NCBI GenBank assembly: GCA_043228905.1
Contig: JBHGNT010000011.1
Span: forward strand, 1,922,001 to 1,986,000
Length of the DNA: 64,000 nt
From: Azolla caroliniana
Lineage: Eukaryota; Plantae; Polypodiophyta
Reading direction: 5' to 3'
Below are positions 25,491 through 37,769 of this stretch, piece after piece (within the stretch, counting starts at the first letter, position 1; every line of letters starts with the position of its first letter). The notes below the pieces were generated by a model. It worked only from the letters and a program-made list of their open reading frames with translations. It made no database searches and was not told the origin of the DNA. The translations under genes were made by a program, and so were the position numbers.

Positions 25491-27526
25491 TAGAGGGCCT
25501 GGAATCCCTCATTAAATTCGCTACCTGGCATATATCAGAGTATGTGCGGTTTACTGGGGGTGGATGTTGTGAAAATTCTGGGCCATAGGTGGAAATAATG
25601 TGAAATGCGCAGGGACACTGGTGTGCACGAGTGCACACCCCTAGTGAATTAAATAGTGTAAGTACTAGGCATAGGAAGAAAGAGGTGTACTAAGTAGTTA
25701 AGGCATTAATAGGGGTTCAGACATCGTGTAAGGAGGGAGAGTTACGAGGAGAACGAATCAGGGGGGAGAATCTAGGAAGGGAAAGCGACAGGTCATGAAT
25801 GTTGTGTAACGGTCGCTCCTTGTGCTATAAAAGGGGCGACCTTTGACTAGTTTAAGAGAGCCATCTAGAGAGGAGAAAAGGGAGGAGAGAGGAAGGAAGA
25901 CGAGGAGTCCTACAATGGAACACCGGAAGGGGCTTCCCCTGCTCGTGTCAAACGCCCGAGTGCTCCCGGCCAGGGGATCGACCTTCTTTGTGCCTACGCA
26001 ACTTTGTATCTAACTACTGTAGAGCCTACGCTCGATCACCAACACTGATCCAGTTGTAATCACCCACAGCGCTACGTGCATAATTTTGATTAATAGAAAC
26101 TTATGTACCTAATGCAAGTTGTTCTTAGCATCTTTGTCTGTGCCTGTGTCTACACACAATCCTCTTACACTATCTCTCTCATTTCGCTAACCTTCCCTGT
26201 TTAAACCGCGATCTCAGGGCTCACGTAAACCACAGACTCTTCCTTCTCACTTCTTGATTCCTTGGTTCAACACCCCCATGGTCCTACCCAACTTCTACGC
26301 ATCCGCGAGGATTTCCTCGACAACGCAATGGTGTGTACCCGACTGGATATCGATACGCAGTCGGAGTGGTGAGCCGGTTTATGAGCAATCCCGACAAAGA
26401 GCACTAGAATGCGGTAAAATGGATACTCCGATACTTGAAAGGCGCCTCAAGTATGTGCCTCAGATTCGGCTCCGGTAAACCCCAACTTGATGGTTTCACC
26501 AATTCGGATATCTGATGCGGATACCAGCCGGTCAACATCGGGATATGTTATGACATATGCAGGGGGAGCTGTTTTGTGGCAGTCAAGGCTGTAGAAGATG
26601 GTTGTGTTGTCAACCACAGAGGCGGAGTACATGGCAGTTGCGGAAGCCGGCAAGGAAATACTATTAAAAACGTCGCGTTCTTCGCAAGGTGGATGGCACT
26701 TTGACTGTCGCAATAGAGCCGGTATTCCTCCTCCTAGATAAAGCTCATCCAACGGAGGTACCATTGGATTCGGGAGCAAGTGGAAGATCGAGAGTTCGTG
26801 CTGACGAAGATCCACACGGAGGAGAACAGGTCGGATATGTTGACCAAAGTGCTGACACCCGACAAGCTGGATGCATGCAGGAAGAGGATCAGATTGACGA
26901 GACATCCCATGCCGGAGTGAAGGGGGAGTTTTTTAGGATTTTGGTCCCTTCATATGGGATATGAGTACCCGACAACGGAAGACCCGGTGAGAACCGGATG
27001 ATGAGTACCCGGCAAGGAAGACCCGGTGAGAACCTCTCACCAGATGAAGGGACATATATGTAAATATGTTCTAGAGAGCCCACTGGGGCTATATTTGTAA
27101 ATTGCCCGAAAGTCATATTAGTATAAATATGACCTAGGGAAAATTCTTGAGTGAGTGTGTATCATTGTGTCGTCATTATTTTGCATAGAGTTATTGGTGT
27201 AATAGCTGTACAAAGCGTAGCAGAAGAAAAGAGAGAGAGACAGAGACAGAGTGAGTCTCTGTTGTAACCGCCGCCAGGCGAAGATTGAGAGCAAGAGGTC
27301 GTGGCCCCTATGTTCATCTATTGTATTCCTCTCTACATAGTGATAGTTGGAGTTTGGGGACTCTCGTGGTTTTTCCCGTTTAGGGTTTTCCACGTTAACA
27401 TCCTGTGCATTCTCTTCTGTTTGTGTACCTACTTCCATATCTTATATTTTTGTGTTTGATTATCATCGAAGTGATCTATGTCTCGGTTGTGGCCGAAGAT
27501 TATTCCGCATTGTTCCTGTCATCGTA

Positions 27527-29377
27527 ATGATGTTCGTGCTAAAAAACAACCCCAACCACATTTCAAAGAGTCATACAGGAAATTTTTGCTGAGTACATTC
27601 CAACATTCATGCAAGTTTTCTTGGATGATTTTGCTGTCTACAATCGGAAGTTAAAACATTTCGAACATTTGCAATTATTTTTGGAACGATGTCGGAAAGT
27701 TCCGCTTAGCCTGAATCCGGCTAAATGCGCGTTCGGGGTTACCAGTGGAGCATTATTAGGGCACATTGTCAGCCAAGAAGGAATTGCAGTTGACCCAGAC
27801 AAGGTCAAGGAGATATTAGATGCACTGACACCAACCAATGCTAAGAGCCTTAGTCGATGTTTAGGGAAAATAAGATGGCATAGTCGTAGGATAAGATATC
27901 TGCTGATGTTTCCATTCCACTGCATACAACAATACATAGAACGCCTTTCCAATGGATGATTGCGGAGCAAGATGCATACAAATGTGTAAAGAAAATGCTC
28001 TCTAGAGTTCCGGTTGTCCAACCGCCTGATTGGAACAAACCATTTCATGTGTTTGTCGATGCATCCGATGTAGCAGTTGGAAGCGCACTAATGCAGTTAT
28101 CCGAACCAAGTTGGTATAGACTAGTTTACTACACTAGTCGGAAACTATCAACAACAGAAATGAATTATTCAACAACTGAAAGGGAAGCTTTGGGAATGAT
28201 TTACAGTATCAACAAATTTCGACACTACCTTCTGGGGAAGAAATATACATTCCATGTGGCTCACTCTGCTTTACTATATTTGGTATCCAAACAAGAATTA
28301 ACTGGCAAACTGGCACGCTCGACGCTATTACTTCAAGAATTTGAATTCGACATTCTGCATAGGCCTAGGAGTGCAACATGCCATCACAGATTACCTTGGC
28401 CGATTAGAGTTGGGAGAAGAGGGCACAAGAGTTAAAGATGATTTTCCGGATGGCCAACTCTTTCGAGTAGACACGGTACGAGTGCAGGAAATAAATGAGG
28501 AGATCTAGGATGCTTGGATTACAGAAATGAAAAATTTTCTTACGACAGGGTTACCACCCGAGCATCTATTAGCAGACGAAAGAAAACGGTTAGCAGTTTG
28601 CAGCCGGAATTTCTGTCTTTTAAATGACACCATGTATCATAAAGGAGTTGATGGAATTTGGCGACGAGCAGTACGACAATTTGAGAAAGAGATAATTCTT
28701 CGAGAATCTCACTGTGGTATCGTGGGAGGGCACTAGGCCGGCGAAACTACTGCTCGGAAAATTTGGAACAGTGGGTTATGGTGGTCGACAATTATGAAGG
28801 ATGTAGTCGAATATTGTCGGAAATGCGATTTATGTCAGGGAATGGGTCAACCTACCGAAAAAGACAGGATGCCATTTCAACCCATCTTGCCTTTGGAACC
28901 ATTCAAGAAATGGGGATAAGACTTTTTTGGCCCATTTAAACCAACAACGATTCGAACAGGGAATCAATACATCATAGTAGCCACTGATTACTGCACTAAG
29001 TGGGTAGCGGCTAAACCCTTACGGGATAACACGACAACGTTGACAACAAAATTTCTATACGAAAGTATATGGTGTTGGTATGGGTGTCCAATTGAATTGG
29101 TAAGTGACCAAGGTACACATTTTATTAATAAAATTGTACATGAATTATGTACATATTATGCAGTGGTTCATAAGAAAAGTACTCTTTATTACCCTCAAGC
29201 AAATGGGTTAGCGGAGTCGACAAATAAAACGCTGCAAATGGTACTCAAGAAAATAATCAATGAAAATTGTATAGATTGGGATCAGAAACTAAATAGTGCC
29301 TTATGGGCATATAGGACTTCATATAAGACTTCTATCAAATCGACTCCTTTTCGCATGGCATTCGGTTTAGAAGCCGT
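27527..29377 (+). pseudogene. pol: Element A RT-RH-INT, degenerate; INT C-terminus continues at 34260-34670
   Basis: VFLDDF, FVDASD, YSTTEREAL, SHCGIVGGH, LVSDQGTHF, YPQANGLAE. Confidence 0.9.
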
Positions 29378-29527
29378 TGTCATGAAGATTTTCGGCAATG
29401 GTGTGAAAATCGCATAAAACATACAAAATCAAGTATGAATCATATAAAACGATAATAGTGAAAATACTATTTTAAATAAGTTTAATATCTTAGTACAAAA
29501 AGATGGAGGTTTTCAAGAGCTTTCGAA

Positions 29528-29909
29528 TGCACTTTACTACATAAGAAACGAACATCTAAGTCTCAAGTTATGTAGGTAGGAAGTTTGCAAAGGAAAAGAG
29601 AAAGATAAAACTGTGAGATATCCCACATAGACAGAACAAATAAGGATCTCACCATATATAACGCAGAGCAAAAGCTATTATCTTTGTGTTTACGTGTGGA
29701 GCATAGAGAGTTCAAGGTGCACTTTACTACATAAGAAACGAACATCTAAGTCTCAAGTTATGTAGGTAGGAAGTTTGCAAAGGAAAAGAGAAAGATAAAA
29801 CTGTGAGATATCCCACATAGACAGAACAAATAAGGATCTCACCATATATAACGCAGAGCAAAAGCTATTATCTTTGTGTTTACGTGTGGAGCATAGAGAG
29901 TTCAAGGTG
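29528..29909. repeat. 190-bp tandem duplication inside solo LTR E
   Basis: TGCACTTTACTACATAAG... starts at 29528 and again at 29718; the copies look identical. Confidence 0.9.
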
Positions 29910-30128
29910 GCTAGAACTAAGCTAATTGGATGAGTGGGTTGGGTGTGGCCTAGCTACTTGTAAGAGCTTTTTGGGCAACCAAAACCGGCGGCATCCGGCG
30001 GCCGGTGACTAGCGATCAGCAAGCAGCAACCGGCCGATGACTGGCAATTGGATCAGGATGTGGACTGGGCCGGACCAAACGGATGCAAATCAGATGGATC
30101 GGTCGGGTCGGTTAATCGCGGTGCATGG

Positions 30129-33100
30129 TAGGGATCGGCAACGGTTCGGTTTAGGCTTAGCCGGTTTGGCCTTATCCAAGCCAAACCGGCTAAGCCTAAA
30201 CCGTTTAGGGGTTTTCAAACCTGAACCGAACCAAACCAAACCGATCCTTAAACCGGTTTGGGATAAACCGGCTTGGTAAACGGCTTGTAAACTGGTTTGT
30301 GAACTTCATTACACAACTCTATTACAATTTATCATTGAACTTCATAACACAATTTATAATTGAACAATCTCCCTCCAATATGTTCCAAATGCAGAATGGT
30401 TACAAGGCTTAGAGGAAAACAACAAGAAAACATAAAATGTGAAATGCAAGGCAAATTTAACTAATAGATAATTAAAGAAAAACAACGAGAAAAAATTGAC
30501 TATTCCAAAAATGTTAACTATTCCAATAATTGTCCCAAGTCATAATATTCCAAAAAAAATCACTTGTCCAAGTATAAGTATTCAATAACATCATCCTCGG
30601 CAATAATCTCTTCTAAATTGATATCTAAAGTATCATATGCATCATTAATATCTTCAGGAATTGGAATATTAACACTATCAAGTAGATCTATCCAAGATCG
30701 TATGCACATCTCGGCCTTGAAAGTGCACGAATGCAACCGTTGCCTATCGTCGAAGTTATCACGAGCTTCAGAGTTAGCTTCCTCTAAAGGCACTGATGAA
30801 GCTGGAATAGCCAAATAATCGCATGCCATTTTATACATCCTTGGAAAAATGGATCTGTTTCAAATCATAAAAAAAGATACTATCAAAATGTGTTCATTAA
30901 TTACCAACAATAACAAATTTGTTTAATACAACATGATGCAATATAGCTTGAAACCTGTTGGTAGACCACCAATGTAGAGGGTCTACGGAACTCTTCACTC
31001 GTGGAACCTTCAAGAAACCTTCAATTTTTGTCCGAGCTGATGATTCATGAGATTTGTCATTGTTCATATCCCAAATATCCAAAAAATCAAATGGAGATCC
31101 TTCACATGCATCTTCAGATAGAGAATCTTCGACATTAGGATCATGATATTGGGTTGTCAAGAAACTTTGCACCAATTCTATATCGCGGTCTCTCTCAATT
31201 GGATTAGGTGGTTTTGGAATTCTACACTCAAACAAAAGACACTATTAGTAAGAAAGAAAGATTAAAAAGGGGGAATTTTCAGTTAAAAACATTAGTACCT
31301 CGGGTCAACAAACATTGCGATTCGAGATGGAATAGATTTCAGGGATTCTTGGTACTTGATTAGATATTGTAAGCATTTGTTACCAGCCTGTTGTTGCACT
31401 TGAAGAGTAATCTTCTCGGAGGATGAATCAACCGAGTTCATATCCATAGAAATATATTTATTACAATGTGCTAATAAGTTGTTGAATGCAAGTGCGGCTA
31501 TTGAGAGGGTCAGATACTTTGACCCACTCAAGTAATTACAAATTTTAGCAAGCACAAGCAACCATTGTTCCATACTTTGTATATGACTCCAATCTTCTAT
31601 GGAGAGTGTATGGTCCACAAACTCATTAGCAATGACATTGTCACTTGTGGTACAAATCAAGACATCTCTTAATTTTAGGGATTGTTGATACATTATTAGG
31701 GTTGAATTCCATCTAGTAATGCAATCTACACATGGTGGTTCATGTTCTCCATTCTCATGCATGGTTTTTGAATATTTTTTAAATATAACTCTACTCACTT
31801 TACTTGTGCATATAGAATGTAATGTCTTCCTTAACTTCATAGTAGACAGAGTAATAACTTCTAATGCAGACTTTACACCTAGTTGATATGTATGCACCAT
31901 GCATCTTAACATATGTGATGATTGTAAAATGTCTTGTCCATGATGACAAAGTAATAACCTAGCTAATTCTTTTGATGCAACTAGAGATTCACTAGCACCG
32001 TCAGAAGTTGTAGATAGAAGACGTGAAGCGATATTAAATGATTTTAAACGAGAGAATAAAGCTTTTCTGACACGTTTTCCTACCCCATCTCCCGGAAAGA
32101 CATCTAGGAAATCTAAAAGCACACTAGCCGGCTTAGTAGACTCGAAACAAACAAAATGTAAAGTCACGGGATAAAATCCTTTCAAACTGTTGTTTGTCCA
32201 CCCATCAAATGTTATAGCATATCTAAAATTTTGTGAGGACAAATAAGTAATAACTAAATGGCGAAGAACAACATACATTCGTAACACTAATCTCTTAAGT
32301 GTACGAGATGATTTAAGTTGATAAGTGGGCAAGACTTCATGCATTAATCTCTTAAAACTAGAAGACTCAATATGTGCATGAGGTAGCATTGATGTGACTA
32401 TGTATCTAACAACAGTACTATCAAACTTCTTCTCTAGAGTACGAGATATAGTTAATGTAGATGAAGTAGCATCTATGTTACTTTGGACAAGAACATTGCT
32501 AGAAGTTTGTGGTTGTGATGTGCTATTAATATTATGCTTATCTAATAAATGCTTGGCGATAGAACTTGTAGATGTAGAGCTTGCCCACATCAAGTGACAA
32601 TAGGCACATCGACACTTATATGCATCTCCGTCCTTAATGGAGATCATGTGTTGCTCGGTCCATGAAGTTCTTTTTCTTGCCTTTGTTTTGCCTCTAGGGG
32701 CTAATGTTGATGTTACCTCTTCCATATCAATGTATGTTATTGTACCTATAAAATTTTGGTTATAAAAGATAATGAATTCTTTTGAAATGTCCTACTCTAA
32801 TCATGAGTTATTACATTGTGCCACATTATGGCTCAATTTGACTATATCATTATTCATATATGTGTATAATTATATTGTGAATCTTACTTCATATATGACT
32901 ACATTGTAGACTGTAGTGACAAATTACAATGATTGTGGGTATTACTTAATATGAGCCTTGAGGTAAAGTAATTTTAAATTGACTATAGTCTGTAATATCA
33001 TTATTCATATATGTGCATAATTATATTGTGAAATTATGTGAATCTTACTTGTAGGCTTTGTAAAATAGATGGAATAAAGCACTTTGTAGGCTTGGAAGTT

Positions 33101-33647
33101 GGGAGTCGGGGCTGCACCATGCACGTAGGCGGCAACAACAGGTCGTCGTCTTCCACTTTCTAGTATCTACTATGCAGCAGACCTCTCTCTCTCTCTCTCT
33201 CTCGCGCGCGAGCGCGGGCGCGGGTGTCTGTGTCGATGGATTGGTCACTATCTGTGTCGAGAGTCCTATTACCTAAGTCCGAGTCGTCTGTCTGTGTTGA
33301 GCAATGAGACTCGAGAGGCTAAAGTCTTATTACCTAATTAGTAATACCTAAGTCATCACTTTGGAGTCTGTGTGTACACAGTACACTCAACACTGTAGAC
33401 AATAGACTCATGACTCGTGACCACTGACTACTAGTTAGAACTTAGACTCTTGACTAATTAGAAGTTAGAACATAGACTTTAGCAATAAACTATAGTTACT
33501 AGTAATTACTAATTAAATCACTTAAACGGCTTGAGCCGGTTTGGCGAGGCTCAAGCCAAGCCGAGCCGAGCCCCTAAGCCGCTAAGTCGTTTTCAAGCCG
33601 GCTAAGCCAAACGGTTTAGGCTTGAGCCGAGCCGTTGTCGATCCCTA
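30129..33647 (-). mobile_element. hAT DNA transposon, structurally complete
   Basis: TIRs TAGGGATCG(G/A)CAACGG(T/C)TCGG; perfect 8-bp TSD GTGCATGG (30121-30128 / 33648-33655); subterminal AAACCG/AAGCCG repeats at both ends. Confidence 0.95.
30560..32725 (-). CDS. hAT transposase, 3 exons (32725-31299, 31221-30955, 30854-30560), 662 aa
   Basis: BED finger (CAYC..HLLDKH), ITFDGWT, TTSDGAS, LRCMVH, TRWNST, DPR, PLHWW, DYLAIPASSVPLE. Two GT-AG phase-2 introns join into a 1989-nt open frame. Confidence 0.88.
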
Positions 33648-35109
33648 GTGCATGGTGTCTTAAAGATATTTGGTCCAAAAGCCTAATAGTATTTTGTGCA
33701 TAAAAGAAAAAGATGTAAGCAAGACTCAATCTTTGCACCTCCAAGATAAGAAGCAATAGGCTTACCATTAAGCCAAACCATTTCTTTGGGGATTGTATTT
33801 TTATCATTATAGCTTTACATGTAAATTCTCATATTAGAGCTTGATTGAGTTACATGTGATGCATGAGCGCCAAATAGCAAACATGCATCACATGCATCCC
33901 ATGCATTGTATGCATGTCTTGTACCCTTACATGCATCATATGCATGGGAGCATCTATAAAAGGGTGGATGAAAAAGATCAAGGGGGGCTTGGTACTTTAT
34001 ATCAAAATTAATATTAAGAAGAAAATTTGTTATCCAATTGATGTATTAATCTTGTTCTTCAAATCTAAAGTCAAGAGTTCAATCTTAATCTCTCTCTCAA
34101 TCTAAAGTCAAGCGTTTTATCTTATCCCAATCCCTCTCTTTCAATCTATCTTAAATCCGTTCTCGCTAAAGCTAGTGCAAACTTCGAGTCCTTCTGGTCT
34201 AGAACCTCGGTGGTTCCGCCTCACGATCCGCACTTAGTGACGGATCTTCACGACACCGTAATGCCAATAGAGTTTCAAGTTCCGACACTCCGAATTCAAG
34301 CAACAGGAAGGTTAGATGAGCTACGGTCAGAACAAATTCAGAAAGAAGGATTACTGCTATTAGAGGAAAGTCGGATATAGGCTATGATACATTTAGAGTG
34401 GAAGCAAAGACAAACGAAAGCATTTGTGGATCGTCACGGTCGACATGTAGAGAAACAGTTCGCAATCGAAAAACCGGTGTCAGTGTTTCAAACAAAAATG
34501 GGGTCTATGCCTAGGAAGCTTTGATTTCGATGGACGGAACCATTCTAGATTATTAATAGCAAAAATGGTACGTACCAGGTTAGAACCTTGTTCGGTGACA
34601 TTCTACCGAAATGGGTAAATGGTTTTCGACTTAAACCCTATCATGGGTCAATACCGAATAACCCCTTTTAGGCTACATCCTCCACAACGTGACATGGTAG
34701 ACATCACACACACACACACACATAAAATTAAAATAAAATAAAAAGTCAAATAAAAATAGTAACTAACTAATTATTATCTTGGCAAAAAGTAACTATCAGA
34801 AAAGGGAATCTTGGGGAAGTCTGTGTCACACTATAAGTAAACTAGTGGTAATAATGCATGCACACATTACAAGAGTAGTGGAGCCATTATTACTATTTCT
34901 AGACTATTACTTACATTAATAGTAGCTTTCTCTATTCCCTAGGCATCATGCAACAATTCATTTCCTTAAAACCTATTTCTTCATCTTCTGTGTCACCACA
35001 GAGACAAAAGCGTATTCGTTCTGAAAAGTTTTCTGCTCTTCCTTGCCATAGCCTAAAGCTTTCTTCGTTTTCACCACAGAACTCCGACCTTTCTCTTTAA
35101 GACGAAATA

Positions 35110-37081
35110 ATGTCAATCCCTGTTTCCGATAACCTGCGCTAGTGACTTGTGAACAAGAATCTGCAAGGTTTCATCAAGGTTGCAGATGCAGAGCCCCACC
35201 CTCGTGCAACAAATTGATGTCTCCAAAATTATGAACAAACAGGAAGGCTTTCATGATGTCTAGAAAATGGAAAAAGACATCCTTAGGTCGTATTTCGGAG
35301 AATATTCTCCCTCGGCCAAAGCTTTTCAAACACGGGGAGGGGAGGACAAATTTTTTCATGAAGTGGCCAAATTTTTGTTAGAAGTGGGATTTGTTAGTCC
35401 CCGATTTTACTGCATGCCCAAAAAGAGAGTTGGCTTCATAATCGCCACGTACGAGGGCAAATTTTTTGACTGGGGGTTGTTGTCAGCAGAAGCTCTGCGG
35501 GAGCAGCTATATGGGGTGCAAAAAGGGAAACCAATGAATCCGATCTTTGCTCGCTGGTTGTCGGTGCTTTTTCCGACCTAGAGATTGGAAAACCGACAAG
35601 AAGAATAGAGGCCGCCATGACCACAACTAGTTTCCCGACCCTGACGACAGGTACAACGTGAGGAGTGGCAGGAAGTAGAATCGACGTAGGTCGATGCCAC
35701 TTAATCGGAACCCAAACAACAGTAATCGACAACCTCACCAGTTCCGGAGTTGACACAAAATCCCCCACCCAACTCAGTACCTATCCCACAACCACCCCAA
35801 CCTAATCAAGAATCGGCACTTGTTGAACCTGACCAACCGATGCAACGACAACGTCGGGTAAAGCGAAGGGCTCAACGCTTTCCGTAGGCTTAGGAAGAGG
35901 AACTTGCACAGAAAAAGCAGAGAACAGAGGAGCAAGCCATGTAGCCCACACAAGTACCTCGTGTCAATCCAAACGACACAACCAGAATCCAGAAAGGGCA
36001 GTCATCTGTAACAACAGTGCGGGAAGCAACTGCATTCTCCGACATCCCTCCAGCAGCACATGAACTTGCTGCCATTCTACAACTTGTTACTTCTTATGAA
36101 TTAGTAGAATGGTTGGCCCATAGATTAGAGGAGTTGTCGGAGAGAATGGCACAGGAGCATCAGGATAATATAATGATTCAAAAATCCTTAAGTGGAGCTG
36201 TCGAGCCGGAAGAACAACAGGAGGTTGAAAGGATAGGTTGACAGCGAAATGCCAAAAATAAGGGGGAAGCGATACAAATTCCTCCCTTGCATGAGGCATT
36301 GGTTGAAGTGCATAGGGAATATGAACAAGCAAGCAGAGCAATCAAAGATATGGCTGATTTATACAAAAAAGCAATAGCAGTGTTAGAAGTTTTGAATGAG
36401 AAATATACAAGAATGCAAGCTGAAAAAGAAGAACTGTCAGAGAAATGCCGACAGACTGAAGAAAAACTAAGGAAAGTCGAAGAAGAATGATTAACACGCC
36501 AACAACCAAACAAGCTTTCCAACTTTGAGTAGGAACTGAAACAAAGATTGCAGGAAGCAAAAGCATCTACTCTATCTGCAACAACACGACCAGAACAAGC
36601 CGACGCAAGGGCCAAAAAGATACAAGAGAGGCTACTTTGGCTAAAACAGGTAGCCGAACTTCAATTTCTACGAGTCGACAGGGACAACCAGAAGGCACAA
36701 GGAAAAGGCTTCTTCAAAATGACGAAAGAAGCAATATCAACTATTCAAGAAGATATTGCTAAAGATTTGTACAACATGGCAGCTTGTCACCGCGAAGAAG
36801 TTAGTCGACTCATGCAGGAATTCGATGAACATGAGATCGACACAATTGTTCAGTTGGACACCTTTGAAGCCGAAAGACAAAGCCAAATTCCAAGGCTCGA
36901 CACACTAGAGCCAGTTGCACCACCACCACCATGACCATCGATCGAGGATACATAACCACCTGCAGATTTAGACGATGACGACAAGGAGAGCCAACAACAC
37001 GAACCTTCCTTGTTTGATATTTTGCAGGACGACGCTGAAGATGAATTGGATGAGGACCTTCCTCCCATCCAGCCGGCATAG
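35110..37081 (+). pseudogene. Element A 3' extra ORF (sense): globular N-terminus, Pro/Gln linker, coiled coil, acidic tail
   Basis: Collinear fragments 35267-35581, 36017-36241, 36287-36490 and 36548-36934 broken by stops; lies between pol and the 3' LTR. Confidence 0.7.
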
Positions 37082-37131
37082 AAGGTATCGTGGGTTGGCC
37101 GGGCAAGGCCTTGGCCCACGGGCGTGCCAAG

Positions 37132-37600
37132 TGTTACATGGACAAAGGGCCAAACGGACATAGTGGGGAAGCATCAGAGTTGGAAACATCAGAGTTGGAG
37201 GTTCGGAGTCGAAGTCGAAGTCGGATTGAGGAAGAAGATCGATGAGTTAGTTACAAGTTTTGTAGTTCTTGCCAATAGGGCAATATGTATTTCTCGATGA
37301 GGAAGTCCTTCAGGTTGCCTATAAAAAGGAACCGATGGCATTGTAAAATCGATCATTTTATTTTTAGTACTATAAGTTTAGTTGTAGGAAATATCGGTGT
37401 GTAACTGTTTGTTTTCTGTTAATCTATCCTACTATAACTGTATTACATAAGTAACGATCTCGATGTCTGTGTAACATCGATAAGATTACAGTAACTTAGT
37501 ATCTATTCACACAACCACAATTCTTTGATAGAACATTCAGTACAAAACGTTCGAACTCCGCTGTGTGTCGGCAACAGAGTCAATGGTCGGCCGAACAACA
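37132..37600 (+). repeat. Element A 3' LTR
   Basis: Matches 5537-5999; followed by TSD TTGTA. Confidence 0.9.
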
Positions 37601-37769
37601 TTGTATGTACAGAGCATTATTATTTTGAAATTGAGTTTATGTTGTTTTGCTCTCTCTGTCTCTCCCACTCTCTGTTCTGTGAGTCAAGCTTCCATTAAAC
37701 CTTGTCTCTGTTTTCTGTTGCTATCTGGATAAACCGGTTTGTCAAAGCTTTAGTATATTAACTTTTACA

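Larger units (their letters stand above)
19131..26322 (+). mobile_element. Element D: Phygy-like non-chromovirus Gypsy, full-length but degenerate
   Basis: 758-bp LTRs 19131-19888 and 25565-26322; 4-bp TSD ACAC/ACGC; PBS TGGTGAACCCGACATGA at 19893 (tRNA-Trp); PPT GGGGGTGGA before 25565. Confidence 0.9.
14709..27521 (+). mobile_element. Element C: Ty1/Copia, internally deleted; hosts D and a LINE-like fragment
   Basis: LTRs 14709-15329 and 26931-27521, TSD TCGTA, PBS TGGTATCAGAGC (tRNA-iMet) 15333-15344, PPT GAAGGGGGAG at about 26919-26928. Confidence 0.93.
29378..34255 (+). repeat. Solo LTR E (about 1.35 kb without the hAT insertion)
   Basis: TGTCATGAAG...CTTCACGACA termini; 4-bp TSD CCGT (29374-29377 / 34256-34259); no coding interior. 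Confidence 0.8.
5537..37600 (+). mobile_element. Element A: Athila/Tat-group non-chromovirus Gypsy with a 3' extra ORF; hosts B, C and E
   Basis: LTRs 5537-5999 and 37132-37600 (TGTTAC...CAACA), TSD TTGTA, PBS TGGCACGCCAGGT 6011-6023. The pol frame rejoins across the insertions (KATW|LSPIV, FVAVV|MMF, LEAV|MPIE). Confidence 0.9.
5280..37769 (+). repeat. 3' LTR of Copia-type element F, split by element A (5280-5536 and 37601-37769)
   Basis: PPT GAGGGGGAG 5271-5279 followed by TGTTGAG; TTGTA duplicated at 5532-5536 and 37601-37605; ends TTTACA at 37769, where Phygy-like gag resumes. Confidence 0.75.
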
